DNA of 64,000 nt. It comes from Escherichia virus TH41. The translations under genes and the position numbers were made by a program. Location: sequence record MT446412.1; one strand, 5' to 3'. Below the pieces are notes generated by a model, which worked only from the letters and a program-made list of their open reading frames with translations, was not told the DNA's origin and did no database searches. Positions within the stretch are counted from its first letter, which is position 1. The number at the start of each line of letters is the position of its first letter. Below, one piece after another: positions 12,204 through 22,498 of this stretch.

Positions 12204-13075
12204 AATGGTACCCTATTTTTTCGCGGTGCTGGTGGTGTTGGGTCAACCGGTACAGGAATATCCTGCGAGTAGGTTTGAACAGATTCACCTTGCCAGTCTT
12301 CTTGGTCGACGTCTCGTGGAACGGCTTCCGAGTCAACAGATTCGAAATTACCTTCCGGTGCAAGCTCTCTGGAATTCGCAAAGAAGTCAAGATAGATAGT
12401 ACGGATTTCCCCGGCTACTTCCTTGACCGGTGGATATAACCAACCGTTGACTTCGAACATAATGGACCATTCGAGTCTACGACGAGTCATTGCATCACCT
12501 TCAATTTGCTCATCCATAGCAATGGACTGGAGCACGATTCTTATATCACGTTCGAACGTAATTTCATTCGTATAAAGTTCAGTGATGGTTGTATTAAAAT
12601 GTGGCTGGAAGTAAGGCATGATTTGTTCGATAATCTGGAACATATCATCTTGATGCCTTGTATATATTCCAAGCTCGAAAATCATTTTGACCGGTACAGG
12701 AGAATATTGTGATATCTGCTTGCGAGGGTCGTTATTAGCAAATCGCGCCTGTGTGTGATTCTGGAGAGCCGTTTTATATTGCCCGTTATACATCAAGTCA
12801 ACCATATGCAGGTTCATACGGGGCAATACGGTCTCGATTTTAGCCTTCTGAGCAGCACGTTCTTGTGGTGACATGTCAGGAGTCGGTGTATTCTGAATAG
12901 CGGTCCATTTTCCAAGCTGCATCATGAATTTTTCTTTTGAAGCATAAGAAATAGGGACCTTAATATATTTAAGTCCAGTGTCTTCTCTGGTTCTGGCCAC
13001 TTGTACATGGGAAAATAAATCGCCCATTAAAACGATATAGCGACGCAGAGACGAATTATAAAAATGCCCAAACAA
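12200..13075 (-). CDS. 15: Tail sheath stabilizer / tail completion protein gp15
   Basis: N-terminus (M)[20 protein letters not shown] resembles T4 gp15; first codon is TTG preceded by GGAGG at 5-nt spacing. Confidence 0.8.
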
Positions 13076-13118
13076 AGTAACCTCCAGGCGCCCAATTCGG
13101 GCGCATTAATAAATGTAT

Positions 13119-13904
13119 TTATTCATCAAAGAAACTATCGTCAAAGCTATCCTGTTTTGCCTTCGGAGGAGCCTCAAGTCCACGGCCATTCTGCACAAAA
13201 TATGGTTTAACATATTCAGCTGCTTCTGCGTTAATCTCATCAGATTCTGCATAAGGGATATCGCTGATATCTGTAAGGCCATCGATATTGTGGATTGGTT
13301 GTAAATCGAGCTCGCTGAATTCTGAAATATTAATACCTTCATTCCGTTGCAATTCAGGTTTAAGTTCTTCCCCGGAGTAAATGTATTTGCTCGCGGTGAT
13401 TTTACGAATGGCGTTTTGACCTACCTGATAGAATGGGTCGTAAGGTTGCACCCATGTAATTTCGAACAGGCTGTTATCAAGAGGGAAATAAATCAAATCC
13501 CCTGCAATAGGTTCGGTTCCGTTGCATTGATGTTTAAACAGATTAGGGTTAATCGATATTGTGATTTCGTCGTTCACAGTCATACCGAATTTACTAAAGA
13601 TAGAACCATCACCCTGATAAGCGTCAAACGTATCCAGATAACCTGCAAATTTCCATGCTTTATCAAATTTACTCTGGAGGTCTTCACCGAATAACAAATC
13701 CGGTTTAACGAATTGTCTTGGGATATAATAGAGAGACATTCCGCGCATCTGAATACTTTCGGCAACAATAGCATCAGCTAAAGTCTGGGTATTTTCATGA
13801 TGCATAAAGTTTACATAAGGGTTCAATATCTCTGTAGCATTAGTATTGTCATACCCGGTCCCGTCTTCGAGCCGGGCGAATAATCTTGAGTCATAAGTAG
13901 CCAT
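13119..13904 (-). CDS. 14: Neck protein gp14
   Basis: 261-aa ORF; synteny between 13 and 15. Confidence 0.8.
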   Translation of the reverse strand: MATYDSRLFARLEDGTGYDNTNATEILNPYVNFMHHENTQTLADAIVAESIQMRGMSLYYIPRQFVKPDLLFGEDLQSKFDKAWKFAGYLDTFDAYQGDGSIFSKFGMTVNDEITISINPNLFKHQCNGTEPIAGDLIYFPLDNSLFEITWVQPYDPFYQVGQNAIRKITASKYIYSGEELKPELQRNEGINISEFSELDLQPIHNIDGLTDISDIPYAESDEINAEAAEYVKPYFVQNGRGLEAPPKAKQDSFDDSFFDE

Positions 13905-14842
13905 TAGCCCACCAATATAGGAGTCGGTGCATCCAGCAGGTCAAGTTCTTCGCGAAGACGTTCTTTTTCCATACGAGCTTCTTCGATTAAACGAACACCA
14001 TCAACTGTGACGCCACCTGGCATCATCATTCCCTGGTGTTTAGCCAATACGTTGCCGTTAACTTCCTTAACGAGCGCCGTGGCATAGTCTTTCACCCAAC
14101 GGTTGTTGTATGCACCATCTTGAAGTCCAAGGTCCTCGCCAGCTCTCATACCGCTTATTCTGCGCGCTGGGTTATCCCACTGTGCACCAGCATTCCACGG
14201 ATTATCACAATCTGCCGAAGCAAAACCATAGCCAGCTGTATTGCCTACCATTGAATCCACACCGTTATATGATTTGGTATAAACTTCAATTACAATCACA
14301 TCTCCCTGACGGAAGTTGCCCATAATTTTAAGTTGTTCAGTATCGTCATTATACCAGTAATCTGGCAGCGGAACCATCAGGTCTTGCATCATTGAACGGT
14401 ATTGCATAAGCTGTGTAAAATAACCAAGGTCTGCACCAAAAGCATTTGGGCCAAAGCTGTTACATGAGCTACCCATTCCACCGTTAATACCAGCCAGCCC
14501 CAGAACGAAATCTGTGAACCACGGATATGTAGCTTGACCATCCATCGAAGTTAATGAACCGACATTAGTACGAATAATCTGCGTTACTGCAAAAATATTA
14601 CGTCCTTTTAAATCGAAAACGCCATCGCGGAATTTCTGCTGTGAAACTTCATCATGGCCAATATAAAAAGCCTGATAACCTTTGTTATAACCATTATAGT
14701 GATATTCGCCATATAATTCTAATGCGCGCTGGATGCAATCATAAACCTGTTCGGTCGTAACTTCGATATTCGTGATTGGAGCACCAAGACGACGAAGGAT
14801 TGCATCTTTTAATTGTTTCGGGTTGTATGATTCAGTTGCCAT
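13904..14842 (-). CDS. 13: Neck protein gp13
   Basis: 312-aa ORF; synteny between wac and 14. Confidence 0.8.
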   Translation of the reverse strand: MATESYNPKQLKDAILRRLGAPITNIEVTTEQVYDCIQRALELYGEYHYNGYNKGYQAFYIGHDEVSQQKFRDGVFDLKGRNIFAVTQIIRTNVGSLTSMDGQATYPWFTDFVLGLAGINGGMGSSCNSFGPNAFGADLGYFTQLMQYRSMMQDLMVPLPDYWYNDDTEQLKIMGNFRQGDVIVIEVYTKSYNGVDSMVGNTAGYGFASADCDNPWNAGAQWDNPARRISGMRAGEDLGLQDGAYNNRWVKDYATALVKEVNGNVLAKHQGMMMPGGVTVDGVRLIEEARMEKERLREELDLLDAPTPILVG

Positions 14843-14860
14843 ATGTTTTCCTCTTTACTG

Positions 14861-14868
14861 TATTTATA
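14861..14868 (-). promoter_or_regulatory. Late promoter box TATAAATA upstream of gene 13
   Basis: Exact TATAAATA on minus strand 19 bp upstream of the gene 13 ATG; GAGGAA SD in between. Confidence 0.5.
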
Positions 14869-14874
14869 CGAAAA

Positions 14875-14892
14875 AAGGGCCGAAGCCCTTTT
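14875..14892 (-). terminator. Rho-independent terminator after wac
   Basis: aagggc-cgaa-gccctt hairpin immediately after the wac stop, followed by T-run on the minus strand. Confidence 0.6.
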
Positions 14893-14893
14893 A

Positions 14894-16525
14894 TTATGGT
14901 GCTGGATTTAATGTCACGAATGTTGACAAAAGAACCCATGCATTATCAACTAGAACATACGGGAGACCATCGGCCACAGGAGCGACAGGAGGCCTTTTGG
15001 CGAGCTCTGTTTCTAAGGCTGATACTTTACCTTCTAAAGTAGTTATCTTCTCCTCGGCCTCATCCAGGCGACCAGGGAGCGGAGTTACTGTACCTTCAAG
15101 GGTTGTCACACGAGTGGTTAATGGTGCAATTTTTGCAGTATCAAGTTTAATTGCATCAATCTCGGTTTCAGCATCGATAATTTCAGCCCAGGTTCCTTGC
15201 TTGCGACCATATAACTTATTGTCCAATGGTGCATCGTTCAGCTTGGACGCCATCAGCATATCCAAGTTAATTACAACCGGAAGAACACCACGTTCAGCCA
15301 CAGTAGCACCGTTAGGGTTTGTACCATTCATCTGGCTAGTTAAAGTCAAAATAGAACCTTTCATTCCAGTGCTATTTGTACCAATTTCAGCTTGTACATC
15401 CTGGAGACCTGATGCAGTTTCGTTAGCCAGCGTAGTGGTTGCATTCAACTTATACGTGATAGTGTTTGGCTCTGGAGATTGCTCTGTACCGATTCTCTGA
15501 GAAAGCCATGCAGTGGTACCACGCAAACCGGAACTTGAATCCTGGCCAACAACAACCTGTAATCCATTGACATCCGCTCGTAAAGCACTGATTCGGCCAT
15601 TAATTGTCAATGGCTCCAGCGCTGTTCCAATATCGGTTTCAACCTTCGCGAGTCTTGGTCTGATATTCGCAATATCTGTTTCATTGACTGAAACACGCCC
15701 ACCAAGATTTTCAACGCGGGTTGTAATTGCAATCCCTGTACCAAAACCAATAGCTTCTTGAATGTTGGCAATATCTTCGTCAATTTCGACTGCTTTATTA
15801 TCAAGAGTATTCAGTCGAACAAATACAGCCGGTTTACCTATTGCTAAAGTAGACTCACCTAATTCTTCGCGAATTTTAATTACTTTTACGTTAAGAGAAC
15901 CGACATCAGAATCATGGTAATTGTCCTCAAGAGTCTTAATACGAACTCCATGAGCAACAATAGCCGAACTGTTATCGATGATGCGGCGTTTCATGCCTTT
16001 TGATGGATTGCCAATAACCTGAAGACCATTTATATCTTGGTCAACATACTGGCCTAATTCATTTTTAATCCATACAAGGTCATTACGAACTGTGCGATAA
16101 TATGAATCGGTTAACGGGTCATAAGCGCCAACATCTTCTTTTAACGTTTTAAGGCCTTCGGATGTTTCGCTTGACAGTAATTCGGTATTAAATTGACGTT
16201 CATCAAGGTCAAGAATATCCGTACGGTTTTTTTCAATTTGTTTAACAACTTCTGTGTTAGTTGTTATATCCAAAGCTTCCTGGATATTATTGACGTTATC
16301 AATAATTTCGTTGATTTTTTCTTTAGATGTATTTGAGTTGTCGTCGAGTGTATCTACGTTTATTTGAACGCCGACCGCAGCGGCGTTCAAATTACCATCA
16401 TGACCATATTTGGTACTGGCCGCAGTCATACAATCGCCGTTTTGTATCCAACGAATTCTCTGTTGACCTTCGTCTGGAATACCGATGCTATACGGCAGTT
16501 CTTTGAGACTGAGTTTATTAATCAT
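14894..16525 (-). CDS. wac: Fibritin (whisker antigen control)
   Basis: Start placed at internal ATG (MINKLSLKELPYSIGIPDEGQQRIRWIQNG, T4 fibritin-like N-terminus); C-terminal foldon-like YVLVDNAWVLLSTFV; 543 aa. Confidence 0.8.
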   Translation of the reverse strand: MINKLSLKELPYSIGIPDEGQQRIRWIQNGDCMTAASTKYGHDGNLNAAAVGVQINVDTLDDNSNTSKEKINEIIDNVNNIQEALDITTNTEVVKQIEKNRTDILDLDERQFNTELLSSETSEGLKTLKEDVGAYDPLTDSYYRTVRNDLVWIKNELGQYVDQDINGLQVIGNPSKGMKRRIIDNSSAIVAHGVRIKTLEDNYHDSDVGSLNVKVIKIREELGESTLAIGKPAVFVRLNTLDNKAVEIDEDIANIQEAIGFGTGIAITTRVENLGGRVSVNETDIANIRPRLAKVETDIGTALEPLTINGRISALRADVNGLQVVVGQDSSSGLRGTTAWLSQRIGTEQSPEPNTITYKLNATTTLANETASGLQDVQAEIGTNSTGMKGSILTLTSQMNGTNPNGATVAERGVLPVVINLDMLMASKLNDAPLDNKLYGRKQGTWAEIIDAETEIDAIKLDTAKIAPLTTRVTTLEGTVTPLPGRLDEAEEKITTLEGKVSALETELAKRPPVAPVADGLPYVLVDNAWVLLSTFVTLNPAP

Positions 16526-16533
16526 TTTGGTCC

Positions 16534-18084
16534 TTAGTAATGAATTTTGATAATATAGTTTAAAGACATATTCCATGGGCGAGTTTCATAACCAATAAGA
16601 CCTTCGCGGTTTAATGTACCTAAAGCATCTCTGCCGCCACCGAGTTCAAATCCATCGTTAGTAAAATATGAAGCGTTATCCCAGTCTGCATATTTTCTTG
16701 TGCCCAGATAACCCTGATAAACTGATGCACCAAATGGAGCTTCGTTGCGTTGGTATTCACCCCAACCACCCGCGTGTTTATGATATGACATTTGCTGAGC
16801 TTGTACACCACCGACCCATGAACCATCACAACCAACACCCAAACGGTCTTTGCCATAACCATCTTGACCGCGGTTATTCAGAATATGTCCACCGGTACCA
16901 GCACCACGAACAAACAAACCACGCATATCAGGAATACCGACGTTGGTCCAATCGCCACCGAAACGAGTTCCAACAGTATTTCGATAGTCAGGGAATTGGT
17001 CACCATTAACGGTGCCACCATGACACATAATCCAACCAGGAGGAGCACTATCACCTGCAAACATCATCACGGTTCCGACAGGAACACGTTCAGAAGCATA
17101 ACGCTGTGTGGAAAGTAATTGGCCACCCATGTGAGCTGTATTGGAATCAAAATTGCCGGTGGAAATATAATCTAAAGAAAGACTTCCATTAATTCGTTGA
17201 CCGCCGCGAGTGTTGATTACATCAGCGTTCCAAGCCAGCGCCCCGGCCCCGTCACCCCCGGGAGCAACTCCTGCCTGAGTAGTTAATCTAACAACACCGC
17301 GAATATCGGTTGTAGCACCACGACCATTAAGAGTTGCTCCGGTTACCGCAACACCATCAGCACTGTTATTAATCTCTGACTGAGTACCAAGACGAATAAT
17401 CCCCGCGCGGTCTTGTGCTGCTGTACGAGCATTTAAACCAGCCGGAGAAATTGCTACACCATCACCCAAAGTTCCTGCTTGTACTTCAGCATTTGTAGCA
17501 ATTCGTACTAAACCGGAAACAGTTTGTGTGGCAGTTGAATAAGTCGGAAGAGCTGCAGTTGCCTTACCAATTGCCAGAGCAACTTTCAATGGAGACATAG
17601 CTGTTGTGTCGTCTGTACCAGCTAAAGCCGCATCCTCGGTACTAATACGAAGAACACCCAAATTATTTTCGGTACCGACACGAACAGTAAAAACATCATC
17701 AATTGTTGCTTTTAATGAAGATGGAACAATAGCCGCATCGGTTACTGTTCCGGCAATTGCTTCAGCATTGGTTGCATAACGGGTAATACCTACATAAGTT
17801 TCTGTGGCTTGCGTAGGGATGTCTAAACGAGCTTTTAAGGTCGCTGGAGTAACTGCAGAGTCTGGACTAATACCATCAATAACTTCTTGTGTGGTGGCTA
17901 GTCTGATGAGTCCTGCAGTCGTTTCGGAAGAGGCTGGGATATATCCATCTAACGCAATTTTATTAAGAGACCCTAAAGCCTCTTGTACGTTGGTAACAGT
18001 CGACGGGAAGGCTGTCCCCGTCGGGTCGAACGTTTTATATTCGGATTTATCGCTAATGTGTTTTAGCGTGTTAGTCGTTGTCAT
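16534..18084 (-). CDS. 12: Short tail fibre protein gp12
   Basis: 516-aa ORF; synteny between 11 and wac. Confidence 0.8.
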   Translation of the reverse strand: MTTTNTLKHISDKSEYKTFDPTGTAFPSTVTNVQEALGSLNKIALDGYIPASSETTAGLIRLATTQEVIDGISPDSAVTPATLKARLDIPTQATETYVGITRYATNAEAIAGTVTDAAIVPSSLKATIDDVFTVRVGTENNLGVLRISTEDAALAGTDDTTAMSPLKVALAIGKATAALPTYSTATQTVSGLVRIATNAEVQAGTLGDGVAISPAGLNARTAAQDRAGIIRLGTQSEINNSADGVAVTGATLNGRGATTDIRGVVRLTTQAGVAPGGDGAGALAWNADVINTRGGQRINGSLSLDYISTGNFDSNTAHMGGQLLSTQRYASERVPVGTVMMFAGDSAPPGWIMCHGGTVNGDQFPDYRNTVGTRFGGDWTNVGIPDMRGLFVRGAGTGGHILNNRGQDGYGKDRLGVGCDGSWVGGVQAQQMSYHKHAGGWGEYQRNEAPFGASVYQGYLGTRKYADWDNASYFTNDGFELGGGRDALGTLNREGLIGYETRPWNMSLNYIIKIHY

Positions 18085-18749
18085 TACGATACTCGCTTAT
18101 AATGGTAAAGTGAAATTGCGCCATTTGCTGTGCCACCTGATAATGTCTGGGTTGAAGTTCCAAGATATTCCCATGAACCATAACCACCGCGCGGTTGCTG
18201 TGTAATAGTCTGGCTAAGCGTACAACCATATTGAGTGAAAGGTACAAAATTATGGTTTTGGTAGTCGTTATATGTAATATTTAATATAGACTGGTCCACA
18301 CTATCAATTGCAGAGCTTGACACAATTAAACTATCAGCAACAGCCGTCAGCAAAGCATCGTTAACCTTGGAAGCAACCAATACAGCTGAATCCCCGACAA
18401 TAACCTCAACCGGAATACCAAAAATGAAAAACAAAACAGTATCACCGACCCCTGCACCAGAAATAGACCCGGTGAATTTAATTTTATCCGACTGGCTAAT
18501 TGCCGCGGGAGAAAGGTTATTCGTATTAGTAATTACACTGCCAACCGGAAGCTCATATCGAAACGCAATATCATCTATTGCGCTCTGAACTGTTGGATAA
18601 AAAATACCCTCAGTTGTTTGTGTTGCGGATGGGCCGCCGATTGCTCGTTGACCCATGACAGCCGTAATATTTTTTGATGTATTTTGAAATTCTAAGTGAC
18701 TAGCAAGGCGGGAAATTACTCCAGCCTTTTTATTCGTTAATGTTTTCAT
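18084..18749 (-). CDS. 11: Baseplate wedge protein gp11
   Basis: 221-aa ORF; synteny. Confidence 0.8.
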   Translation of the reverse strand: MKTLTNKKAGVISRLASHLEFQNTSKNITAVMGQRAIGGPSATQTTEGIFYPTVQSAIDDIAFRYELPVGSVITNTNNLSPAAISQSDKIKFTGSISGAGVGDTVLFFIFGIPVEVIVGDSAVLVASKVNDALLTAVADSLIVSSSAIDSVDQSILNITYNDYQNHNFVPFTQYGCTLSQTITQQPRGGYGSWEYLGTSTQTLSGGTANGAISLYHYKRVS

Positions 18750-20560
18750 TAAGCAATCCTTACCCAGCGATGAGCAATCAAATATGGAGGCATTGTATAA
18801 ACCGGTTGAGCTTGAGGGTCTTGCGCCTGATTAATGGTGGCTTTATCTTCTCTGTATTTGGTATAAGCTGGACCTTGTGCATCCGGGTCTACCTGACAAC
18901 CGCCAACAACAATCGGACCATTATCATCAACAACCAAAACTTTCTCGTCGGTTTCAAGTTTAGGTACGTTTATATCTTTAATATGAACTTCAACACTACC
19001 ACCTGTGCCACCCGCCGTCGCTTGTGGGTTACCACCAGAATCCAGGTCATTATTGTTTGTATGGAAGTTTGAGGCAGGGTCATCAGACCAGGCAACGATT
19101 ACACGTTCTTTCAAACGTTTCCATGAACCGAATCCCATATAAGTAACCGGGTTATTCGGGTTAACCGTATTTTCGTAAATTGTACCAACCGGATAGAATA
19201 ATTCAAAGATAGCACCAACAGAAGATGGAACAACTTCCTGAAGACCGACTGGTTCAACGTTTGGTGCAAACGGATTATCAAAATCTGTAATACGTACACG
19301 ACCAGTTAGGCTCAATGTATTTCCCTGAGAAACATAAAGAGTGTCAGTCTCATCACGGATTTCATCCATGGTCATAGTTGTGCCGATATCGTTATTGTAC
19401 CAAATGACCGACAGAATATCACCGTCTTCAAATTCACGATAAATGCTAATACCTTCGATGCGGTTGTCATCATCAAATTGCAGCAAATAATCCTGGGTCG
19501 ATTCAGACCAGCTACCACCATTTGCACTACATTCTGCAGCAGTAGAACCTTGTGCGCCTTCGCAATAAAATACTGGAGTTCCTGCAGTCCCGGCTTGGTG
19601 TTGTAAAATACTGTTAATGAATACCTGACATGCGTTTGGGTTAATTGGACTACCCGGAGAAATACCAAGTTCTTCAATTGTAAAGGTGTGTTTGGTTGTC
19701 AAATCCGTAACAATCAAAGAACCATTAATTGTTGTTTCTTTGGTCCTGTCTTGACTACGAACAAGTATATCACGACGATTATACGAACTACGCCATTGAG
19801 CAATACCATCATTAAATGTTCGGATGATAACAGTATCACCTTCAGCGCATGGCATTTTCAAACGGATACTTTTGCCGTCAAGCGCAACAATTTCACCAGG
19901 GTTTGCACCAGGGGAACCAAATTCAGCATTCACCGGGTCGAAAATATCATCTTTACCATAAAACAGGTCGTTACCACGATGTTTGACTTCTAAGTTCGAT
20001 ACGCTATACGGAATAGCACCAAACACATTGATAAAGTCAGTTTGTCCTTCGGTAGCAATAAACTGTTGGGATGCAACTGTAGCAACGTCGTTATTTGAAA
20101 TTTTATCGACTTGTTTATTATCGATATATTCCCAACGACCTGGTGAACAATATACAAGTTCAAGGTCAGCTAAGTTGCGTTTAATTTCTACTGGATTTGG
20201 TGAGCCTTTAATCGTATCCCCGACTGCAGGAACAATTGTCACCGGGTTGATTTGCCAAGTAGCAAACACGTCACGCAAGCGAATTACATAATTGTATTCT
20301 TGAGTTGTTCCTTTCGGGAGGACGACTCGAACTGCACCGGCTGATGTATCGATGGTATAGCTTCGACCCATAACAGCAGACAACTCGGTGCCTTCTTGTG
20401 TAGTCCAAGTTTTCCATGCACCAGCCGCATGAGGATTTTCACCGTCACCCAGCTGATAATAAAGGTCGTCAAAGTTATTGTTTATTTTTTGACCGCCGAG
20501 ACGAAGGTAATCACCAGTACCATCATCAACCATATTGCCAATTTTTAAATTCTGTTTCAT
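18749..20560 (-). CDS. 10: Baseplate wedge protein gp10
   Basis: 603-aa ORF; synteny. Confidence 0.8.
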   Translation of the reverse strand: MKQNLKIGNMVDDGTGDYLRLGGQKINNNFDDLYYQLGDGENPHAAGAWKTWTTQEGTELSAVMGRSYTIDTSAGAVRVVLPKGTTQEYNYVIRLRDVFATWQINPVTIVPAVGDTIKGSPNPVEIKRNLADLELVYCSPGRWEYIDNKQVDKISNNDVATVASQQFIATEGQTDFINVFGAIPYSVSNLEVKHRGNDLFYGKDDIFDPVNAEFGSPGANPGEIVALDGKSIRLKMPCAEGDTVIIRTFNDGIAQWRSSYNRRDILVRSQDRTKETTINGSLIVTDLTTKHTFTIEELGISPGSPINPNACQVFINSILQHQAGTAGTPVFYCEGAQGSTAAECSANGGSWSESTQDYLLQFDDDNRIEGISIYREFEDGDILSVIWYNNDIGTTMTMDEIRDETDTLYVSQGNTLSLTGRVRITDFDNPFAPNVEPVGLQEVVPSSVGAIFELFYPVGTIYENTVNPNNPVTYMGFGSWKRLKERVIVAWSDDPASNFHTNNNDLDSGGNPQATAGGTGGSVEVHIKDINVPKLETDEKVLVVDDNGPIVVGGCQVDPDAQGPAYTKYREDKATINQAQDPQAQPVYTMPPYLIAHRWVRIA

Positions 20561-21429
20561 TATACCGGTACTCCGATTGTTTGGGCGGAAATTACTTTAA
20601 TAGCGAGCTTCATGGCAGTGGGTGAGCTTATAGCCGCCTGAATGATATCCTGGTTATCAATTCTAAAATCGATGGCATATATCTCATCTTCTTCATTAGT
20701 TTGTCCACGTCTGATTACAGCGTATTCTGTGCTATATACCTTGCGGTCCTTAAGGTCGATGTAAAGTAATATTTCTGATGCTTTGTATTTAGTTTCGTCT
20801 GTTGAAATAGCCGTCAGCATCAATTTGATAGTTTTATAATCTGCACGGAAAGCAAGTGGAATATCACGAACAACCGAGCTCATATTGTATGTTTTGTCGA
20901 GCAATACAGATTGGTTGCCAAACATACTTTCAATTTTGTAGTCCCATGTCCCTACGCCGTTAGCATCGTCAATACACCACAATGTAATTTTTGTATAAGG
21001 CTGAGTAAATTTCATTTTGTTCGTTGCAGCAGTCAGGAATGAATCCGTGCCTTGTAGTTCAACTTCCAGAGGCAACGAGGTGGATAATGAACCATTGGAG
21101 TTAATAAAGATAACACCTTCGCCTGCTTTACCTTTTGCAATTCTTGCAGTGATAACACCTTCGGCAGTATTGACATCCCGCATAGAACCGAGAGCAACAG
21201 TTGAGTTCCATTCAATGATATTTGTGGCTTTTTGATAGTAGCCGGTCGCATGAAGTACCTGGGAGTTTTCTCCATTATTCACAGAGTACAGACGCTGGTC
21301 GCCGAATGTATTATACAAACTGTCTAAATCCACGTTCAGTTTACGACCGCCTTCATATAGAATATCACCGGTGCTGGCGTTACCAATCTCGCCGATGTCT
21401 ACTAATAATTTTGGGGTTTGATTAATCAT
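20560..21429 (-). CDS. 9: Baseplate wedge protein gp9 (long tail fibre socket)
   Basis: 289-aa ORF; synteny. Confidence 0.8.
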   Translation of the reverse strand: MINQTPKLLVDIGEIGNASTGDILYEGGRKLNVDLDSLYNTFGDQRLYSVNNGENSQVLHATGYYQKATNIIEWNSTVALGSMRDVNTAEGVITARIAKGKAGEGVIFINSNGSLSTSLPLEVELQGTDSFLTAATNKMKFTQPYTKITLWCIDDANGVGTWDYKIESMFGNQSVLLDKTYNMSSVVRDIPLAFRADYKTIKLMLTAISTDETKYKASEILLYIDLKDRKVYSTEYAVIRRGQTNEEDEIYAIDFRIDNQDIIQAAISSPTAMKLAIKVISAQTIGVPV

Positions 21430-21456
21430 AGGTAAGCCTCGTTATTGATATAGCTA

Positions 21457-21464
21457 TATTTATA
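21457..21464 (-). promoter_or_regulatory. Late promoter box TATAAATA upstream of gene 9
   Basis: Exact TATAAATA on minus strand about 28 bp upstream of the gene 9 ATG. Confidence 0.5.
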
Positions 21465-21474
21465 GAATAAAAAA

Positions 21475-21490
21475 GGGACCCGAAGGTCCC
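21475..21490 (-). terminator. Rho-independent terminator after gene 8
   Basis: gggacc-cgaa-ggtccc hairpin followed by T-run on the minus strand, immediately after the gene 8 stop. Confidence 0.6.
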
Positions 21491-21493
21491 TTG

Positions 21494-22498
21494 CTAGAAT
21501 TCAAAAATAATGTTAACTTCTTCTGTCTGGTCCATTGCACGAATAATCGGTGGGCGGTTTTCCATATAAATCATTTCCCCGGAATGACGGTCCAAATCAA
21601 TTGCATCGTAGTATTCTTTGATTGCTTTGATATTTGGGTCATTAGGATGTACTTTAACTTCAAGTGGGTTGGATATAATCGACAGCTGGCGGAAGCCTTT
21701 GTTCCCCGGGAGACTGAACTCTGGGAAATAAATGGAATCCATAAATGCTTTAAATCTGATTGTATATCCTTTGATTCTGTATATTAAACCGAAATCATCT
21801 TGTTGCCAGCTGATATTGTCTTTGTAGCCCCAACGTGATGGGTCTTCTTCGATTTCTTCAGGCCATGGAACAACAATATATTCGTTAGTACAACGGTTGA
21901 TGGATACATCAGGTGGAATCTCATACAAATATTCCCAGAGATAACCATCGCCCATATCGACTCGTCCTTCTGTATCACCAGTCCCAGCTGGAGCTCTCGT
22001 CGAGTTATATTCTGCAGTCCATTTACCACCGAGTTTTAAACACTCTTCTTTATTGATAATAGAATAAATGGAGCAAGTCCCAACATCAGGAACGTCTACA
22101 CAACGATAAACCATCCAACCTTTACCAACATCAGTTCGGTTATACGGAGCACTGTTAGCTACAACAATTTCCCCTACCTGGAAGTTAAGCGGATTGGGAT
22201 ATCTGATATCGCCCCAGTCTTTACGTGGGACAACACAATCAAGCATTGACTTATAAACTTTGACTGCACCCATCATATTTGTCCAAGTATCTTCAACACC
22301 TTGCGCTGTGTCAACCGGATAAGGAGGGGCGAACCCCGGGTCATTCTCATTCGAAGCCCAGGGTTCAGCGCGACCGAATGTTACATACATCGTATTCTGG
22401 TCGGGCTCGTTACCAATCATTTTATAAAAGTTATACATTTTTTCAGTTCGAAATTTCGAGGTAATTATCGAACGATAAACTACAGATGAATTATTCAT
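21494..22498 (-). CDS. 8: Baseplate wedge protein gp8
   Basis: 334-aa ORF, same length as T4 gp8 as recalled; synteny. Confidence 0.85.
   Translation of the reverse strand: MNNSSVVYRSIITSKFRTEKMYNFYKMIGNEPDQNTMYVTFGRAEPWASNENDPGFAPPYPVDTAQGVEDTWTNMMGAVKVYKSMLDCVVPRKDWGDIRYPNPLNFQVGEIVVANSAPYNRTDVGKGWMVYRCVDVPDVGTCSIYSIINKEECLKLGGKWTAEYNSTRAPAGTGDTEGRVDMGDGYLWEYLYEIPPDVSINRCTNEYIVVPWPEEIEEDPSRWGYKDNISWQQDDFGLIYRIKGYTIRFKAFMDSIYFPEFSLPGNKGFRQLSIISNPLEVKVHPNDPNIKAIKEYYDAIDLDRHSGEMIYMENRPPIIRAMDQTEEVNIIFEF

Noticed and set aside
14772-15500. 242-aa plus-strand ORF overlapping wac and the gene 13 start
   Set aside because: Antisense to fibritin; low-complexity Ser/Val-rich translation; the gene 13/wac terminator and late box lie inside it.
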